Origin: Octopus vulgaris
Lineage: Eukaryota
Assembly: GCA_951406725.2 (NCBI GenBank)
Contig: OX597819.1
Location: forward strand, 16,554,001 to 16,618,000
Length of the DNA stretch: 64,000 bases
Direction: 5' to 3'
A program made the position numbers and the translations under genes. Below, one piece after another: positions 40,245 to 54,709 of the stretch (the first letter of the stretch is position 1; every line of letters starts with the position of its first letter). The notes beneath the pieces were generated by a model, which worked only from the letters and a program-made list of their open reading frames with translations, made no database searches and had not been told where the DNA came from.

Positions 40245-41212
40245 ATGTATATGTGTGTATGTATATATATATATTATATGGTCGTGTGTGTGTGTAATGC
40301 TTTCAAATGTCAGTGATACAGAAAACTACTATCGTAAAAAAAAAAAAATTCGATAGATTTAGTGAGGTTTTTGTAATATTAGTTGTGAGGAAGTAACATG
40401 TGTGGGAGGATAGGAAAAGGTTAGAGATGATGTGGCAGCATCTCAATCTTGTGTAACAATCAATCAATCAATCAATCAATCAAACGAATAAAGAAAAGAA
40501 AAGAATGAAAGAACAAAAAAAAAAGCAAAACCAAACCCCAAAATTAACCTTGTGGATAGGGATCTGTCTGAGGCAGCCCCTACTTCCATGGTGTAAAGCT
40601 AAATTTTAAAAGTGTTCCTATTTAAAAACAAAATCTATCAGAATTTTATAATATATCCTTAATGGAAAAGTTATTCATTTTAATGGTTCATTTCCTAATT
40701 TCATCACAGGCATAAGTATGGCTGCTTGATTAAGAAATTTGTTGGGTTCAGTCCTGCTGTGTGAACCTTAACTAAGTTAATTACAACAAACCTCAGGATT
40801 GACAAAGCCAGGAAACTGTGTGGAAATCTGTCATATGTGTGTGTGTTTGCACACACACACACATATACATGCAGAGTTAAGTGAATTTAGTAGACAGAAA
40901 CTGTATGGAGATTCTTGAGTATGTGTGATTATACACACACACACAATTGTGTGTGTGTGTGTGTGTGTGCGTGCATGCATGCACGCATACACTTATATCT
41001 TACATGCTTCAGATATGAAAAAAAGACCTGCCAACTGGCTCTTCACATTTGAACATGCATGGAATAAGAGATCCCCTCTTTGAAATGCAGGTAAGATGAA
41101 AGGCATCTAGCAGTAAAACAATGTTTCGATGAGATATACTTGTCCGAACAATGCTAGCATGGGAAAATCAGACATAAAAACAAACAAATGAATGAATGAA
41201 TATGTGTGTGTG

Positions 41213-41275
<63 letters not shown>

Positions 41276-42502
41276 GATGTTTATATATTTTCACAGTTAA
41301 GTATCAGTGGAAGGAAAAAATGTCAGTAATACAAGAAAAAGAAAGTAATGCTTTACAAAGTCCCTTGATATATTTGTTCTGTATCAAGTTACTGACTCTT
41401 CCCATTAGAAATACAATGAACCAGTGGTTGGTTCATCAGAAATCTATAGCCTTCAAGATTTTTCATTTACAAATTACCATATAAAATAAAGAGAAATAAA
41501 CACATCAGTGGTTTAGTTTGTAAGAAATATGGACTCAGAACAGTAAACCAAGTTTTTACTATGTAACTATGGTTATACTGAGTTGGAGAAAAACCTACAT
41601 GGAAGGAGTGAGAGGTAAATTAAGCCACTGCAGTCTTATTTAGACACAAGGCTGGCAATTTTGAGTGGAAGAGTTAGTTGATGACATTGACTCCAATTCC
41701 TGGCGGTACTTTATTTTATCAATCCAATAAGGATGAAAGCAAAGTTGACCTTGGCAAACTTTGAAATCAGAATGTAAAGAGCTAGGACAAATGCCACAAA
41801 ACATTTGTCTGGCACTCTAAAGACTGTCAGTTCACTAACAATAATATCTGTTAACAACTAACCCTAATAATAATAATAATAATAATTATTATTATTATTA
41901 AAATGATGAAAGTATAATTTTATAAAGATTTTAAATACAGAACCAGAGACAAGAAGCTAATTGTTCTTTGCCTAATTATTTCAAATTCACAAATTGCTTT
42001 ATACACATATTATGGCCCAATTAAGGGTTAATTAAATGATAAATCTAATAAAATAGCAAGGCACCAAGTATGGCCAGATACCAGATTGCTAAAACACACA
42101 AAAGAGTGTGCATACAAACTTTATAAAACACAAAGAAGCATGCAAATTATTATTATTATTATCCTCATCATCATTACAAATCTAATACTTGGTTTTATTT
42201 TTCTGGACAATTTAAAAGAAAATTTTTACATATGTTAATATTTTATCACCAATACACAAAATTATAATGTTTAACTATATAGACTTAAGAACTAAACTGA
42301 TTTTTAAGTCAATCTATTTAAGTGGTTAGCAACTAAATATAATTGAGATAACTCAACCCATAGCAAAGAACAGGCTTTAAACAAGCTGCCATAATTTAAA
42401 CCGGAGAAAAGGTCATTAGCAGATGGCAGTTTTGTTTTATATTTTGTTTTTGGATTTGGTTTGCAAGATTCTTTATATGAGTTCGTGTGTTGAAACATAT
42501 TT

Positions 42503-42692
42503 TGTTGTGTCTGGAGAGAGTCATTTTCTTTTTGTGCCTTATAATGTAACACACTCACCGGTAAAATTTCCACTCATTTCTTATTTTTATTTTCCTAAAA
42601 TTTTCGTTGCGTCTTGCAACCTTTTCAATAGTCTTGACTATTGTGTTACATTATAAGGCACAAAAAGAAAATGACTCTCCCCAGACACAACA
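42503..42692. repeat. 51-bp near-perfect inverted repeat with an 88-nt spacer
   Basis: tgttgtgtctggagagagtcattttctttttgtgccttataatgtaacaca (42503-42553) and its reverse complement at 42642-42692, with one mismatch. Confidence 0.9.
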
Positions 42693-43747
42693 GAGTTTTG
42701 TTTTATTTTAAAGTAAATTAAAATACTAAACAGGCGATGAAAATTATTTAAATTGTACAACAGTTGAGAAGCACGTGGTTTTACAGCATCTCTACATATT
42801 TCACAAACTGGCATAACAGCCAACAGAGGAGATAGAAGCAGTGGAAGCTAATTATGTATATATATTCCTTTTTCCACTGGCTGGGGTTGTTGGATTTGCT
42901 TGTGCCTTCAGAAGTGTAGGCAATTCATTGGTCCTTAATTATTTTTGATCTTAAAATAAGTAGGGGAAAATTTCCTGATTTATTCACTAAAATTGCTTTG
43001 TTTGGCAGTGCAGTACTCGAGATAAGGTGTTTAATGGTGGTCATAAATACTCTCTAGAATTTGTTCAGCAGGAAACCAAAATTTGGTAACCTCAACACAT
43101 AAGCAACTATTTTAGGAATTATCTCTATTATTCTTTTCATTTTCTGGGAAAGGGTGCATGCATCAAATCTCTAAATCTTATGCAAAAGAAAAATAAGATA
43201 AAAACAGATATCAGTAAATATAAATAATAAAAACTTGAAAAACAAAAATAGAAACTAAATATGCATGAGTAAAATGTCACCCACTATATACACACACATA
43301 CATTACATCATTTATTTTGTGGTTCAAAATAAGTGTTTGACACAGATTGTACTAGACCTGTGTAGAGTGTAATTATATTTGTTACATATATGGTAAAGAG
43401 GACAACATAACATTAGTTGAAGGTTTCATGCATAACAACAGTCATCAGCGGACTGAAAGAAAATTTGATACATTTGAGCATAAGGTTGCTTGCAAATTTT
43501 TGGACATTTCATCCACTTTGCCTAGCACATGACAAAAATGTGTGTGAATGCAAATGTATAAATGTACATCCATGTGCATGTCTGTTTGTAAGCTGTATAA
43601 TAAAGAATGAGTACTTAATACATCAGAGTACATTAATATATACACATATGCATGTATATATGTACATACATCCGTATGTGTGTGTGTGTGTGAATGTGTG
43701 TATATAAACATTCATTTGTTTAATGTCTGTTTTTCCATGCTTGTGTG

Positions 43748-43785
<38 letters not shown>

Positions 43786-44154
43786 TACATACAGACACAC
43801 ACAGACACCCACAATTATATATATGCATTTATATATATTATGAAGTACCAAAGACTATCCTACTATACAGAAAATGAGACAGAACTAAAAATATGGCAGG
43901 GAAGGGGAAATGAGAAATGGTGGATGATGAAGAGGATGGAATTAATGTTAAGAAAAAACAAAACCCTGAAGAGGGTTAATTTGGCCAAAATAATAAAAAT
44001 AATGAAATAAAAAAAGGATGGCATGAATGAATGAATGAATGGGGTATGGAGAATTAAAACGAAAGAATGTGAAAAAGAAGCAGACATTTTGGTGGGGGGA
44101 AGGGGCGGGGTGGGGGTGGGATATTTAGTGATAAAATCTAAATCGATATTATAC

Positions 44155-44373
44155 CTGTGGTGCGATGAGTGAAATCCCGGGGTAAAGGTGAACTATTAAT
44201 CGACAGTTGAGATGGCTCAGTTCTTTGAATGGCAGAGGTCACATGACCGGCCACATGACTGGCTGGTGCTGCACCGAAGATCTCTGTAGCAGCGTAGAAT
44301 GCAGGGGAAGCATGGGGTAGCCGCTCGCTCGGTGTTGGGGTAGGGGTTGGCAGATAGCCGAAACTAGAGAAAC
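44155..44373 (-). CDS. msi: Musashi homolog, internal coding exon in the low-complexity C-terminal region (219 nt, phase 1-1)
   Basis: Acceptor ttggcag|GT TTC and donor ACA G|gtataa. Open, relatively GC-rich frame GFSSFGYLPTPTPTPSERLPHASPAFYAATEIFGAAPASHVAGHVTSAIQRTEPSQLSINSSPLPRDFTHRTT. Its terminal G joins the TG of the next exon to make Val in frame. Assignment to msi rests on strand, position and phase rather than strong homology. Confidence 0.75.
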
Positions 44374-46139
44374 CTGCCAATACAGCAAGTACGACAAAAT
44401 GATACCATTAAATAAAGGAATCAGGCTTTCGTTATATATAATATGATTGTAGATTATTATCATTATTATTATTATTATTAATATCAATATTATTATCATC
44501 ATCATCAGTGTTATTGTTGTTTTCTTTAAAATTATCATGATCATTAATTATTACCATTAACATCATTTTTTTTTTTCAACAAATCAGATGTGTTTTTGCA
44601 AAATAATCATTTGTCAGGAAATATTGTTTTGTATATTCAACAAGTTTTAATTTTCATAGAGAGCACTGGTTGATGCAAGTGTATGTGTGTGTGTGTGCAT
44701 CTGTATATTTAGGTAAGTATATGTAGGCCTGCATGTGTATATGTGTGCTTTAGTTCATTGGAGCTACCAAGGCTAGGGCCATGACGGAGCAGTGTTTTCA
44801 TGAATTGCCAATGTATATATAAGCATAGATCTATGTTTGCATGTATCAATATATATGTTTCTGTGTATGTTACATTTGATTAATATGTGTGATATTTCAG
44901 TGAATCTGGTAAGAGTGTGTGTGTGTGTGTGTGTATGAACACAAGTGTTCATGTGTATGAACACAAGTGTTCATGTGTGTGCATGAGAGAGAGACAAATG
45001 GCTTCAGTGTCAGGTGCTAACTGTTGAACAACAGATTTTTGTGGAATAAATGGTACACAGTATATACAAAAGGGTCCCAAGAGGATAATTTCAATGACAT
45101 AAACACCAGATTATGTCAATGGTTGTAAGGTACTGTGTACATATACACACACATCTCTATAGTTGTGCATGCACATATATGTACAGAAACCTACATAGAC
45201 ACACACAAACACGCACACATTTCTATATGATCAGTTCAAGAAATGATATTCTCTCCCTCAGATGAAGCATCAGTCCTCTACCCAGTATATCAATTTCTCT
45301 TCCAAACTCATGTCTCCAACATATCATTGTCACTCAACAGAACACTTGTTTTTCTCTACCCGTTTCTACAAACAAGGACACGTATATAAACATGCACACA
45401 TCATCATCATGGTTTAACGTCTGCTTTCCATGCTGGCATGGGGATGGATGGTTTGACTGAGGACTGGCAACCCAGAAGGCTGCACCAGGCACCATGTATA
45501 TATACATCAATATACACACTATTTCTGCTGTGAAGAACAACTAATACACTTACATTACTAATAACTAGAAAGATAAAGCAAATATTCAGCAGTAGAAAAT
45601 TAGGAAACTAGCCAAGTGTTCTCATTCTTGAACAAAGAAAAATTTACTGATCAAAGGTATAATGATCAATCAAAAATGATTGATCAGTATATAGAGATCA
45701 TAGGTGGTCTGTATCTAAATAGAAAAAATACCCACAGTTCATACATGTAGCTAGCAATGACAACATAAAATACGTGTAACAATTATAACGCAGAAGGAAA
45801 ATTTTGGCAAGATGATCTACAGATTATGTATTCTGTTATTTATAGGAAGTGTGTGGCACTTCTCCACCTATTATGCCTTCCAAAGCTAATAACATCTGGG
45901 GACCACCACTCCTCACAAGAATGCTGCAGTTCCTGGCCTTTTAGTCTCATCTATACTTTAATATGTTAGAACCACCATAGAAATTAATTAAGTCAGCAGC
46001 TGGTGTCTTTGCTTTGAGAAACCCCAATCAACATCGGAACCGAGCTGGTACATTACAAGTTAGTGTACCATCAAAGGATTAAAAACACAACAGGAATATT
46101 TTACTAATGTGAGTTTCAGTGGTAAATAGTGTCAGTAGT

Positions 46140-46633
46140 GGCATAATGGCCCAGTGGTTAGGGCAGCGGACTCGCGGTTGTAGGATCATGGTTTCGATTC
46201 CCAGACCGGGCATTGTTAGTGTTTATTGAGCAAAAACACCTAAAGCTCCACGAGGCTCCGGCAGGGGGGTGGGTGGGTGAACCCTGCTGTACTCTTTCAC
46301 CACAACTTTCTCTTACTCTTTCTTCCTGTTTCTGTTGTACCTGTATTTCAAAGGGCCAGCCTTGTCACACTGAATCTCCCCGAGAACTATGTTAAGGGTG
46401 CACATGTCTGCGAAATGCTCAGCCACTTGCACATTAATAAATGAGCTGCAACGTCACTGGTGCCAAGCTGTATTGGCCTTTACCTCTCCCTTGGATAACA
46501 TCGGTGGTGTGGAGAGGGGAGGTTGGTATGCATGGGCGACTGCTGGTCTTCCATAAACAACCTTGCCCAGACTTGTGCCTCGGAGGGTAACTTTCTAGGT
46601 GCAATCCCATGGTCATTCCTGACCGAAGGGGGG
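46140..46633 (+). mobile_element. tRNA-derived SINE (third family) with extended tail; related copies near 4385-4725 (-), 16585-16840 (+), 36360-36525 (+) and 60085-60390 (+)
   Basis: Pol III A-box TGGCCCAGTGG and B-box-like GGTTTCGATTCC. Followed by tcaaagggccagccttgtcacactgaatctccccgagaact...ctcagccacttgcac, which the other copies share. Confidence 0.72.
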
Positions 46634-46946
46634 TCACAACACAAAAAGTGTCTGTTTAGTAGTTTTGAGGCCACAAGTCAACTTTCATCAGGCAGATCTT
46701 TGATAAAACACACATAAACTACAACCACTCTGTTCCCCACCCTCACTGCCTTTTTGTATATCAAGGAATGCATTATACAACATTATATAACATGTTGATA
46801 TTTTTTCTATGACAGCTATTTCTAGCAAGTCGAGTGCTCACAAGCTCTTTCATTGACTTTATAACCAATGAATTTATTGAAAGCAATGACAATAAAAATA
46901 ACAGGGACCATAATTGGAATCTAAATGGAAAAAACAATTTTAAACA

Positions 46947-46986
<40 letters not shown>

Positions 46987-48239
46987 CAATCAATGAATAG
47001 GGGTTCATGGTTAGAAAATATTAAGTTATGGCATCTCTTAAATTCAAAATTAGATATTTCACAGCAGAATGTAAGATTTTATACAAACACACACAGACAG
47101 AAAGAGAAGTGGGCAGACACAAATACACATGATGGAGTGTGTGTTTGTATATTATTCAGACATGGTGTCAATATTATATATACACATATACATACACACA
47201 AAACGGGGAAAAAAAAAAACAACAAAAAAAGCAAAAAAATTTCTAAGTGCCTAAACTATAATGGTGTGTAAATGGAAGATCTGTGTGTGGAGTAACACAG
47301 AAAATACAAAACAAAAATATTTGGAGCAGAAAGGAGAGGGATATGGAAAAGAAATTTAACTGAAATGCACATAAATAGTACATGTATATTATATATACGT
47401 GTGTATATATATATATATATACATACATATAATGCACATATAGAGGCATATACATACACACACACACGTACTTATAAATGTATATACATACATGTCATCA
47501 TCATTATTGTTCAACTACATAAGCAGACAACCAAAACCCTCCTCTATTTATTTGCTGCTTTTATGATCAGTTGCGATCTTTTGCTGGTTTATACATGCAC
47601 TTATATTTGAATATAAGCACACACACATATTTTATATATCTATACGCACTTATATACATATATATATACACACACAGGTATACATATACAGAGATGTAAT
47701 TTTGTTATAAAGATTCATAAGAATCAAGGTACATCAACTTGTAGGATGCCAGAAATGGCTAGGTATACATGAGATACACATATACTTGGACTGTATGAAA
47801 TCAACATGCACACATCTGACCTCTCACCCCAAATCTCACAAGATTATTATGCTATCTATCTCTTCTCTATCCCCAACTACTTTTGTATCTTTTCCTTGCT
47901 TTATCTTTTATAAATATGTGCAGTATTTGAAGACAACAGCATTTCAGGATTGGATAACTTGTAACCAGCATTGGATGTGACAGACTCCTTACTAATTTGA
48001 GAGCTTCTTACTATACATTTCTACATTCTATTATGGAAACAGCCACTCAAGATACTTTTGCAAACCTCTTCCTTGCTGCAGTCTTAATACCTAACCATAT
48101 CAGATCATGCAGACAACCTTAAAGTACAACCATCAGAATACTTTTATAAATCCCCGCCTAGCTCCCAACAACATAATCTACACTGCATCACATCACCACC
48201 ATTCAGAAACACTGTTTTCAATGCTCTGAGTTCTTTTCT

Positions 48240-48622
48240 TTTTTTCTTTTACTTGTTTCAGTCATTTGACTGTGGCCATGTTGGAGCACTGCCCTTAGTT
48301 GAACAAATCGACCCCAGATCTTATTCTTTGTAAGCCTAGTACTTATTCTATTGGTCACTTTTTGCCGAACTGCTAAGTTATGGAGACTTAAACACACCGA
48401 CATCAGTTGTCAAGTGATGGTGGGGGGGTGTGACAAACACACACAAATATATACATACATATATACATGATGGGCTTCTTGCAGTTTCCGCCCACCAAAT
48501 CCCCTCACAAGGCTTTGGCCCAAGGCTATAGTAGAAGATACTTTCCCAAGGTGCAAGGCAGTGGGACTGAACTCAGAACCTTGTGGTTGGTAAGCAAGCT
48601 TCTTACCACACAGCCACTCCTG
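48240..48622 (-). mobile_element. Second-family SINE
   Basis: Collinear with and highly similar to 30412-30757. Confidence 0.78.
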
Positions 48623-49288
48623 TATTTTTTAGAATGGCATTGTAAAGCAGATATGAGAGGCTGAATCTGACCAGTCTGAACATTACACAAATAGAAGACT
48701 ATTTGTGCCTGATGTGGTCTGTTTAAATACTAAAGGGTTAAACAAAAACTGATATAGGAGTGAGTGGACTCTCTTCTCTTCGAATGGCACAACTTCTCAT
48801 GCGGGTGGCATGACAAAATATACCCAGTAAAAACTATAAAGTGGGTGGTGTTGCAATGGACCTTCAGTCATAAATTGCATAGCAATAGGGAATGTATGTG
48901 TGAGACAATGAGCATCAATCACATCAGTGGCTGCAGGTTTTGGAAGGGAGTAATTAAGAAAAACAATTGATAAAGAGTAGAGAGTGGGGTGGGGGTATTT
49001 TGTAGTTGTCTTTGCATAGCTCAACCTCTACACCAAGGCATATGAAACTAAAAGTTAGCTAGTTTTTCTCTGTTTAAGTGTGCAAATCATGTTGACTTCT
49101 ACAGGGATGGAAAAAAGCTTATGTAAAATGATGACATGGACATATGTATACATGAATAAACACACACACACACAATATATGCACTTATACAAATATACAC
49201 CATCTAAGTGGTTTCAGCTATTCAATCATGGTCATATGGGGACACCAATATTTGTACACACATGCATACTTGACAAATAAACATATTC

Positions 49289-49329
<41 letters not shown>

Positions 49330-52300
49330 ACATATACACACATATATACTCAGAAATGTAGTAAAAACAATATTTAGGAAAGAACAAATTAAATTTAAAA
49401 TGCATCCTACAATAAGTGTGAAACAGACATGCCTGTCTTTCAAATATACATCTGAACAATAATAATAATAATAATAATGATAAATAATAATAACAGATGC
49501 CTCATGGAAGTCAAAATGTTTCAAAAATAGAAATAAAGTCAAAATTAAAAAAATTATTTAAAAAATCCCAGAAGGAAAAAATACAACAACAAAGCACATA
49601 TGTAAAAGCAAAATAAAAAAAAAACAAAAGAAAAAAAAAACAAAAAGAAAAATCTAATCTACTATCAAATACTACAACAACAATAATTGCAACTACAGTA
49701 AATACTAACAGACAGTTTGACTAGAACCAAGCAAGGAAGAAAATAGGCAGGTGGGTGCAGAATGTAACAAGAAAAATATAATAATAAATATAATAATAAT
49801 AATGTTACATGCAAAGCCAGTTCAAACATTTGTAGAAAATGGGGTTAAAATTCCATTTTGATAATTTCTTTTCTTAATCATTAAATTAATTTCATTCTTC
49901 ACACATATATCTTGAAAATTAACCAAAATGTACTCGGAATTTTAAATTCTTGCAATTGAAAAATTATGAAAGCAATATGAATTATTATTAGAGGCAAAAA
50001 GTTTAAAAATATAAATAAACTGTAAATTAACTTAATTATATTAAAGAAAACAGGAATAATTTAAATGTGAAAAATTTATTATTCTCTATAATAACTAATA
50101 AGAATAATGATTTCTAACTAAAGTAGAAGGCCTCAAAGCTTTTGGGGAAGAGAAACAGTAAATTATATCTAAGTCAAAACTGGTTCTTATTTTATTGATC
50201 CAGGGGGAAGGGTGAAAAGTGAAACCAACCTAAGCAGGATTTGAATTTAGAACATAAAAAGTTGTAGCTAAATACCCCAAGGCATTTTGTGTAAGTCTTA
50301 TGGTTCTTCAAATCTCAACTTTTTCTAACACAGGCAAAAGGCCTCAGATTTGGGTGTTAGGTGTTCATTAGCTTGTTTGATATTAATCTGCCTAAGACTT
50401 TCTTTTGCTTCTATGGTAAAAATTTCCTTTTTCTGAGGTGATCTAAAAACTTCAAAACAAAATGTCATATTCATTTATATTCTGAGCATCAGCTTAATAA
50501 CAAAGTTACTTAACTAAATTCTTCGTTATCTTCAAAATTAATTGAAACAAGGGCAGTGTTTTTAAACAGAAATATGGAGACAAAAGAGAATAAAAATTTT
50601 GTGATTGCATTTCTTAGAAAATACACTTGTGTTTCAATTAATTTTGAAAGCAATCAAGAATTTGGAAGAAATTAGCAAAATAATTGTTTATGAGTAATCT
50701 GTTGTTTGGAACATAACTAAAATTTCTACCAAAAATTTAAGGTGGACGCTTAAAAAAAACCCTTTTATATCACAAAACCAGGTGATTTCAGGTGAGTTTG
50801 CATCAGAAATGTCAGAAGATGAATTTCTGTATTTGACTTTTACTGATAATATTTTCCCTACAATGAAGAGTAACATTGACCTTCACTGGATTTAATTAAC
50901 TCAAAATCAGCTTTATCTTCATATAATAAATAATACCTTCTAGATTAGGTACAAGGACTTGACAGGAGGGAAAGATAGATTATTATATCATTGATTTCCA
51001 CACTTGACTGAATAACTATTCCTAACATTGTCTGCAGGGTCACAAATAGAAGCCCATTTGAACAACTATTTGCTCTCAAAAAAGAGAGGAATGAAACTAA
51101 CCATGACAAACCACTACAGGTTCTGTCAACTGACTTCTAACAGAGGCTCATGGTCACACATGAGAGAGCTGCTCACACTTGGCTGTAATTAACTGGTACT
51201 TATTTTCATTAACCCATGAAGACTAAAAGGTAAAAGTGATGTTGATAGGATTTGAACTCTGAATAACAAACAGAACAAAAACTAAAGACCACAAGGTATT
51301 CTGTTTACCACCCTACCAATTCTGAAAACCCCTACGCTTTGAAAATAATAATTTCAAATTTTTTAGCACAAAGCCATCAAGTTTAGGGGAAGAGAGCAAG
51401 TTAATTACATTGACCAGTAGTACTTGACTGGTACTTTTACTTCATAGACCCCAAAAGGATGAAGGCCAAAGTAGATCTCAGCAGGATTTGAACTCAGTAT
51501 GCAAAAAGCCAGATGAAATGCTGATTAGCTTTTAGTTTGCCGTCCCATAATGAGAATGATTTTTAACTTTACTGCAATGATACACATTTAGAAGGGTGAG
51601 CTGTAGTTTCAGTTAACTCAACCAGCATATTACTGGTACTTATTTTAGCCACTCAAACAATGGTATGAAGTTCATCTTAACAAGTTGCAACCAGGAAGTC
51701 AAAGGAAATGACTTAAATATTGCTAGGCATCTAATTTGACACTCTTTACAATCCGAGAGAGAGAGAGAGAGAAGAAAACTGAGTTTGTGTGTGAAGTTGC
51801 GGGGTTATCTCCCACTGAAACATTGGGGAAAAAATTGTGAAAACATTAGATCTGTAAATTAATGCATTTCCTCCTACAGTTTTGTTGAAATATTTTAATT
51901 ACCATTTTTATTGTGTTAATATATATACATACCCACAATGTATTTGATGGCTTATAAAATTTTTTTCAAAACAAAAAAGAAAGAAAAAAAAATTACCCCA
52001 AAACCTCTATAAGAAATTGGGTCACCCGTTAATTTTAATGCATGAAAAACTATTTTTTCTTGAATATTGATACTGAAATTATGGTGTATCTAATATGTCT
52101 GTATGTCTTATGCCATCACATAAGTTCAATGTTTTAATTTTTATTCAAGTGAGATGTATCGAATGGAGACTGCTGTTGTTAAGGGTCAAGTAATGAGAAG
52201 AGAGTCTTACTTAAAAAACAGAGGTATTTATCATGCAGCTCAGCTGACTGGAGTTGATGGCATAGCATCTCTTATGTAAAGCTACAAATAATGTTATGAC

Positions 52301-53802
52301 ACTAGCAAGTCAAAGACAAGATTTGGTAGAGTAGCACAATATTTGTGATTGTGTTCTGAGTTCAAAAAGTGTCTGTTTAGTAAGTTATGCCAATGTTATT
52401 CAAATTTTGCTGAGATCAACTTAGCTTTTCATCTTTACAGGGGATAATAAGACAACAGTCAAATACTAGTATCGATTCTCCTTCTGTGCCTTTCAAAACT
52501 GGCTACAGTTAACAAGATGGCCATCTTGTATAAAAAAAAAATAATAATAAAAACAGTTGTAGGAAAGGCAATGAGAATTTACTTCCAATATTCTATGAAA
52601 AGTATACAGCACAGGTCAAGAAAGTTACCAAAGCTCATAGGTCAACTTGATAGTGCAAGGAAAAAAGTTCAAATCCAGTACCTATCCTGGAATACTACAC
52701 CTGATGATAATGATCATATGTAATGTGACAAAGATATAAATACTGAAAAATGTTTGCTATCCAATGTCTTATTTGATTATTTTACCAGTTGACTGCATAG
52801 CTGTAGTACTTAACAGTGGCCTGTAACTTTGCCTCCACTCCAAATGATAAAACTGTACCCAGTAAAAATTATGTTTTAATAATTTTGTAAACATCTAAAC
52901 AAACTGAAATTTAAAACTAAAAGGGGGATAACAAGTGGAACAGAAGAGCTACTGAGAGGGTTGATACTGTTGACGAAAGAAACAATTCTGAAAGCAAGGA
53001 CTCTGGTGAATATTATCTAAACAAAACTGACAAAAACCAATGGCAGAAAGCAAACAGGCAGTGATTGATGTGTTCTCTCACACTCACATACACACAGAGA
53101 TAAATTCTTTTTTTAAAAATGAAAAAAAATAAACACCCAAGTCTTCAATATATTTTTTTCCAATACTTGAAATCTTTATTCCAATAAAAGAATTTATATA
53201 TTTTTTCAATTTTTTTCATATTTTTTTCCACTTTTTAGAATTTTTTTTAATATTTCATTTATATTTTTTAAAGTTCAGTTCATCACAAGGCCAATTGAGA
53301 GATAGAGAGGGGGATAGAGACAGAGAGAGAGAGAGGGACAAAAGAGAGGGGATAGAGAGAGAATGGAACAAAAAAACATTGTAAATTGCAGGAAAAAAAA
53401 CAACAACAAAAAAAAAACAGATCTATCACCAAATTTGAGGCAATCTGATGGAAGTGACAACACACTGCTTCATCCCACTCACACTGACAAATCTCCACAC
53501 AGGTATCGGGCTGGACAACAGGAAGTGACACCAGACAAGTCCTCTCCAAATATGGACATTTTTTTTTGTCAACTTGTTTTGCTTTTTTTTTTATTTTGCA
53601 CTTATATGGACAAATATGGTTGCATATATGTAAGAATACACACACACACACACATATATATGTATGCTAATAATAATAATGAGCAAGAGAAAAAGTATTC
53701 AATACTGAAAGTACAGTACAAAATAACTGACTGAAGATACAAATGGTAGTGTTTGTTCAAACTTGTAATTTCAGCCAGTTTGATTTTGGCTGACTGAAAA
53801 TA

Positions 53803-53853
<51 letters not shown>

Positions 53854-53969
53854 AAGAGAGAGAGCAGATATATTTTCAAAGCTGAGAGAAATCTGAGCTT
53901 CAAATAAATGCATAAACTACCATAAGCATTGACTGCGTTTTCTCCTGTTCATAAATTCAAATATAATGA

Positions 53970-54002
<33 letters not shown>

Positions 54003-54502
54003 AGTATGTACTAATATGATGTCACTTTGTTGCCTAGTGATGCTACTTGTATCCAGAGGAGTATAATCAGTTTTTATGAGAGTGAAGAGGAGGTGGTAGT
54101 GGTATGAGTGAATGTGTGTAATAGTGTATATGTGAATGTGTATGACAGCATGTAAAAGTGTGTGTATGCTTATATCTGTATGTGAGCATGTGTAGGTTAT
54201 TTTTTTTTTTTATTAGAGTATCTTACCAAATGATTATTATATAGTATAACAATTAAGGCTCACTTGGAGAGAAAACATTACACACAATTATATAGTAAAC
54301 AATGTATAACTGAGTGTAAAAGACCCATGTAAAATATGTGCATATACTCACACACACACACAAGCAGATAAATATGCATACTTCAGTGTGTATACACATA
54401 CATACATTTTGCTAACATGAGTATGTATATTTAAACTGTGTAAGATGTTAAAACTTCAATATGAATTAATGTATGTATATATCATGCTTGAATGCTTGTA
54501 TG

Positions 54503-54541
<39 letters not shown>

Positions 54542-54709
54542 GTGAAGTCACAGCTGATAAACCATTCCATTGCCACCTGAGTTCCTCACTTATGTACAAC
54601 AAAGATACACAAATGTGAAACTGGAGTATTGGTGCCATGAACTGTCACCTTCAAACTGATAAATAATGTTTACATGTTTTGGGTATTCTACCCACGTTGT
54701 ACACTGAAG

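Noticed and set aside
46140-46212. tRNA-like sequence with A and B boxes
   Set aside because: It runs directly into a SINE body and I cannot fold a convincing cloverleaf, so it is a SINE head rather than a tRNA gene.
49692-49775. Long minus-strand pyrimidine tract ending in TAG near 49721, a possible micro-exon acceptor
   Set aside because: No convincing donor or Musashi-like peptide follows.
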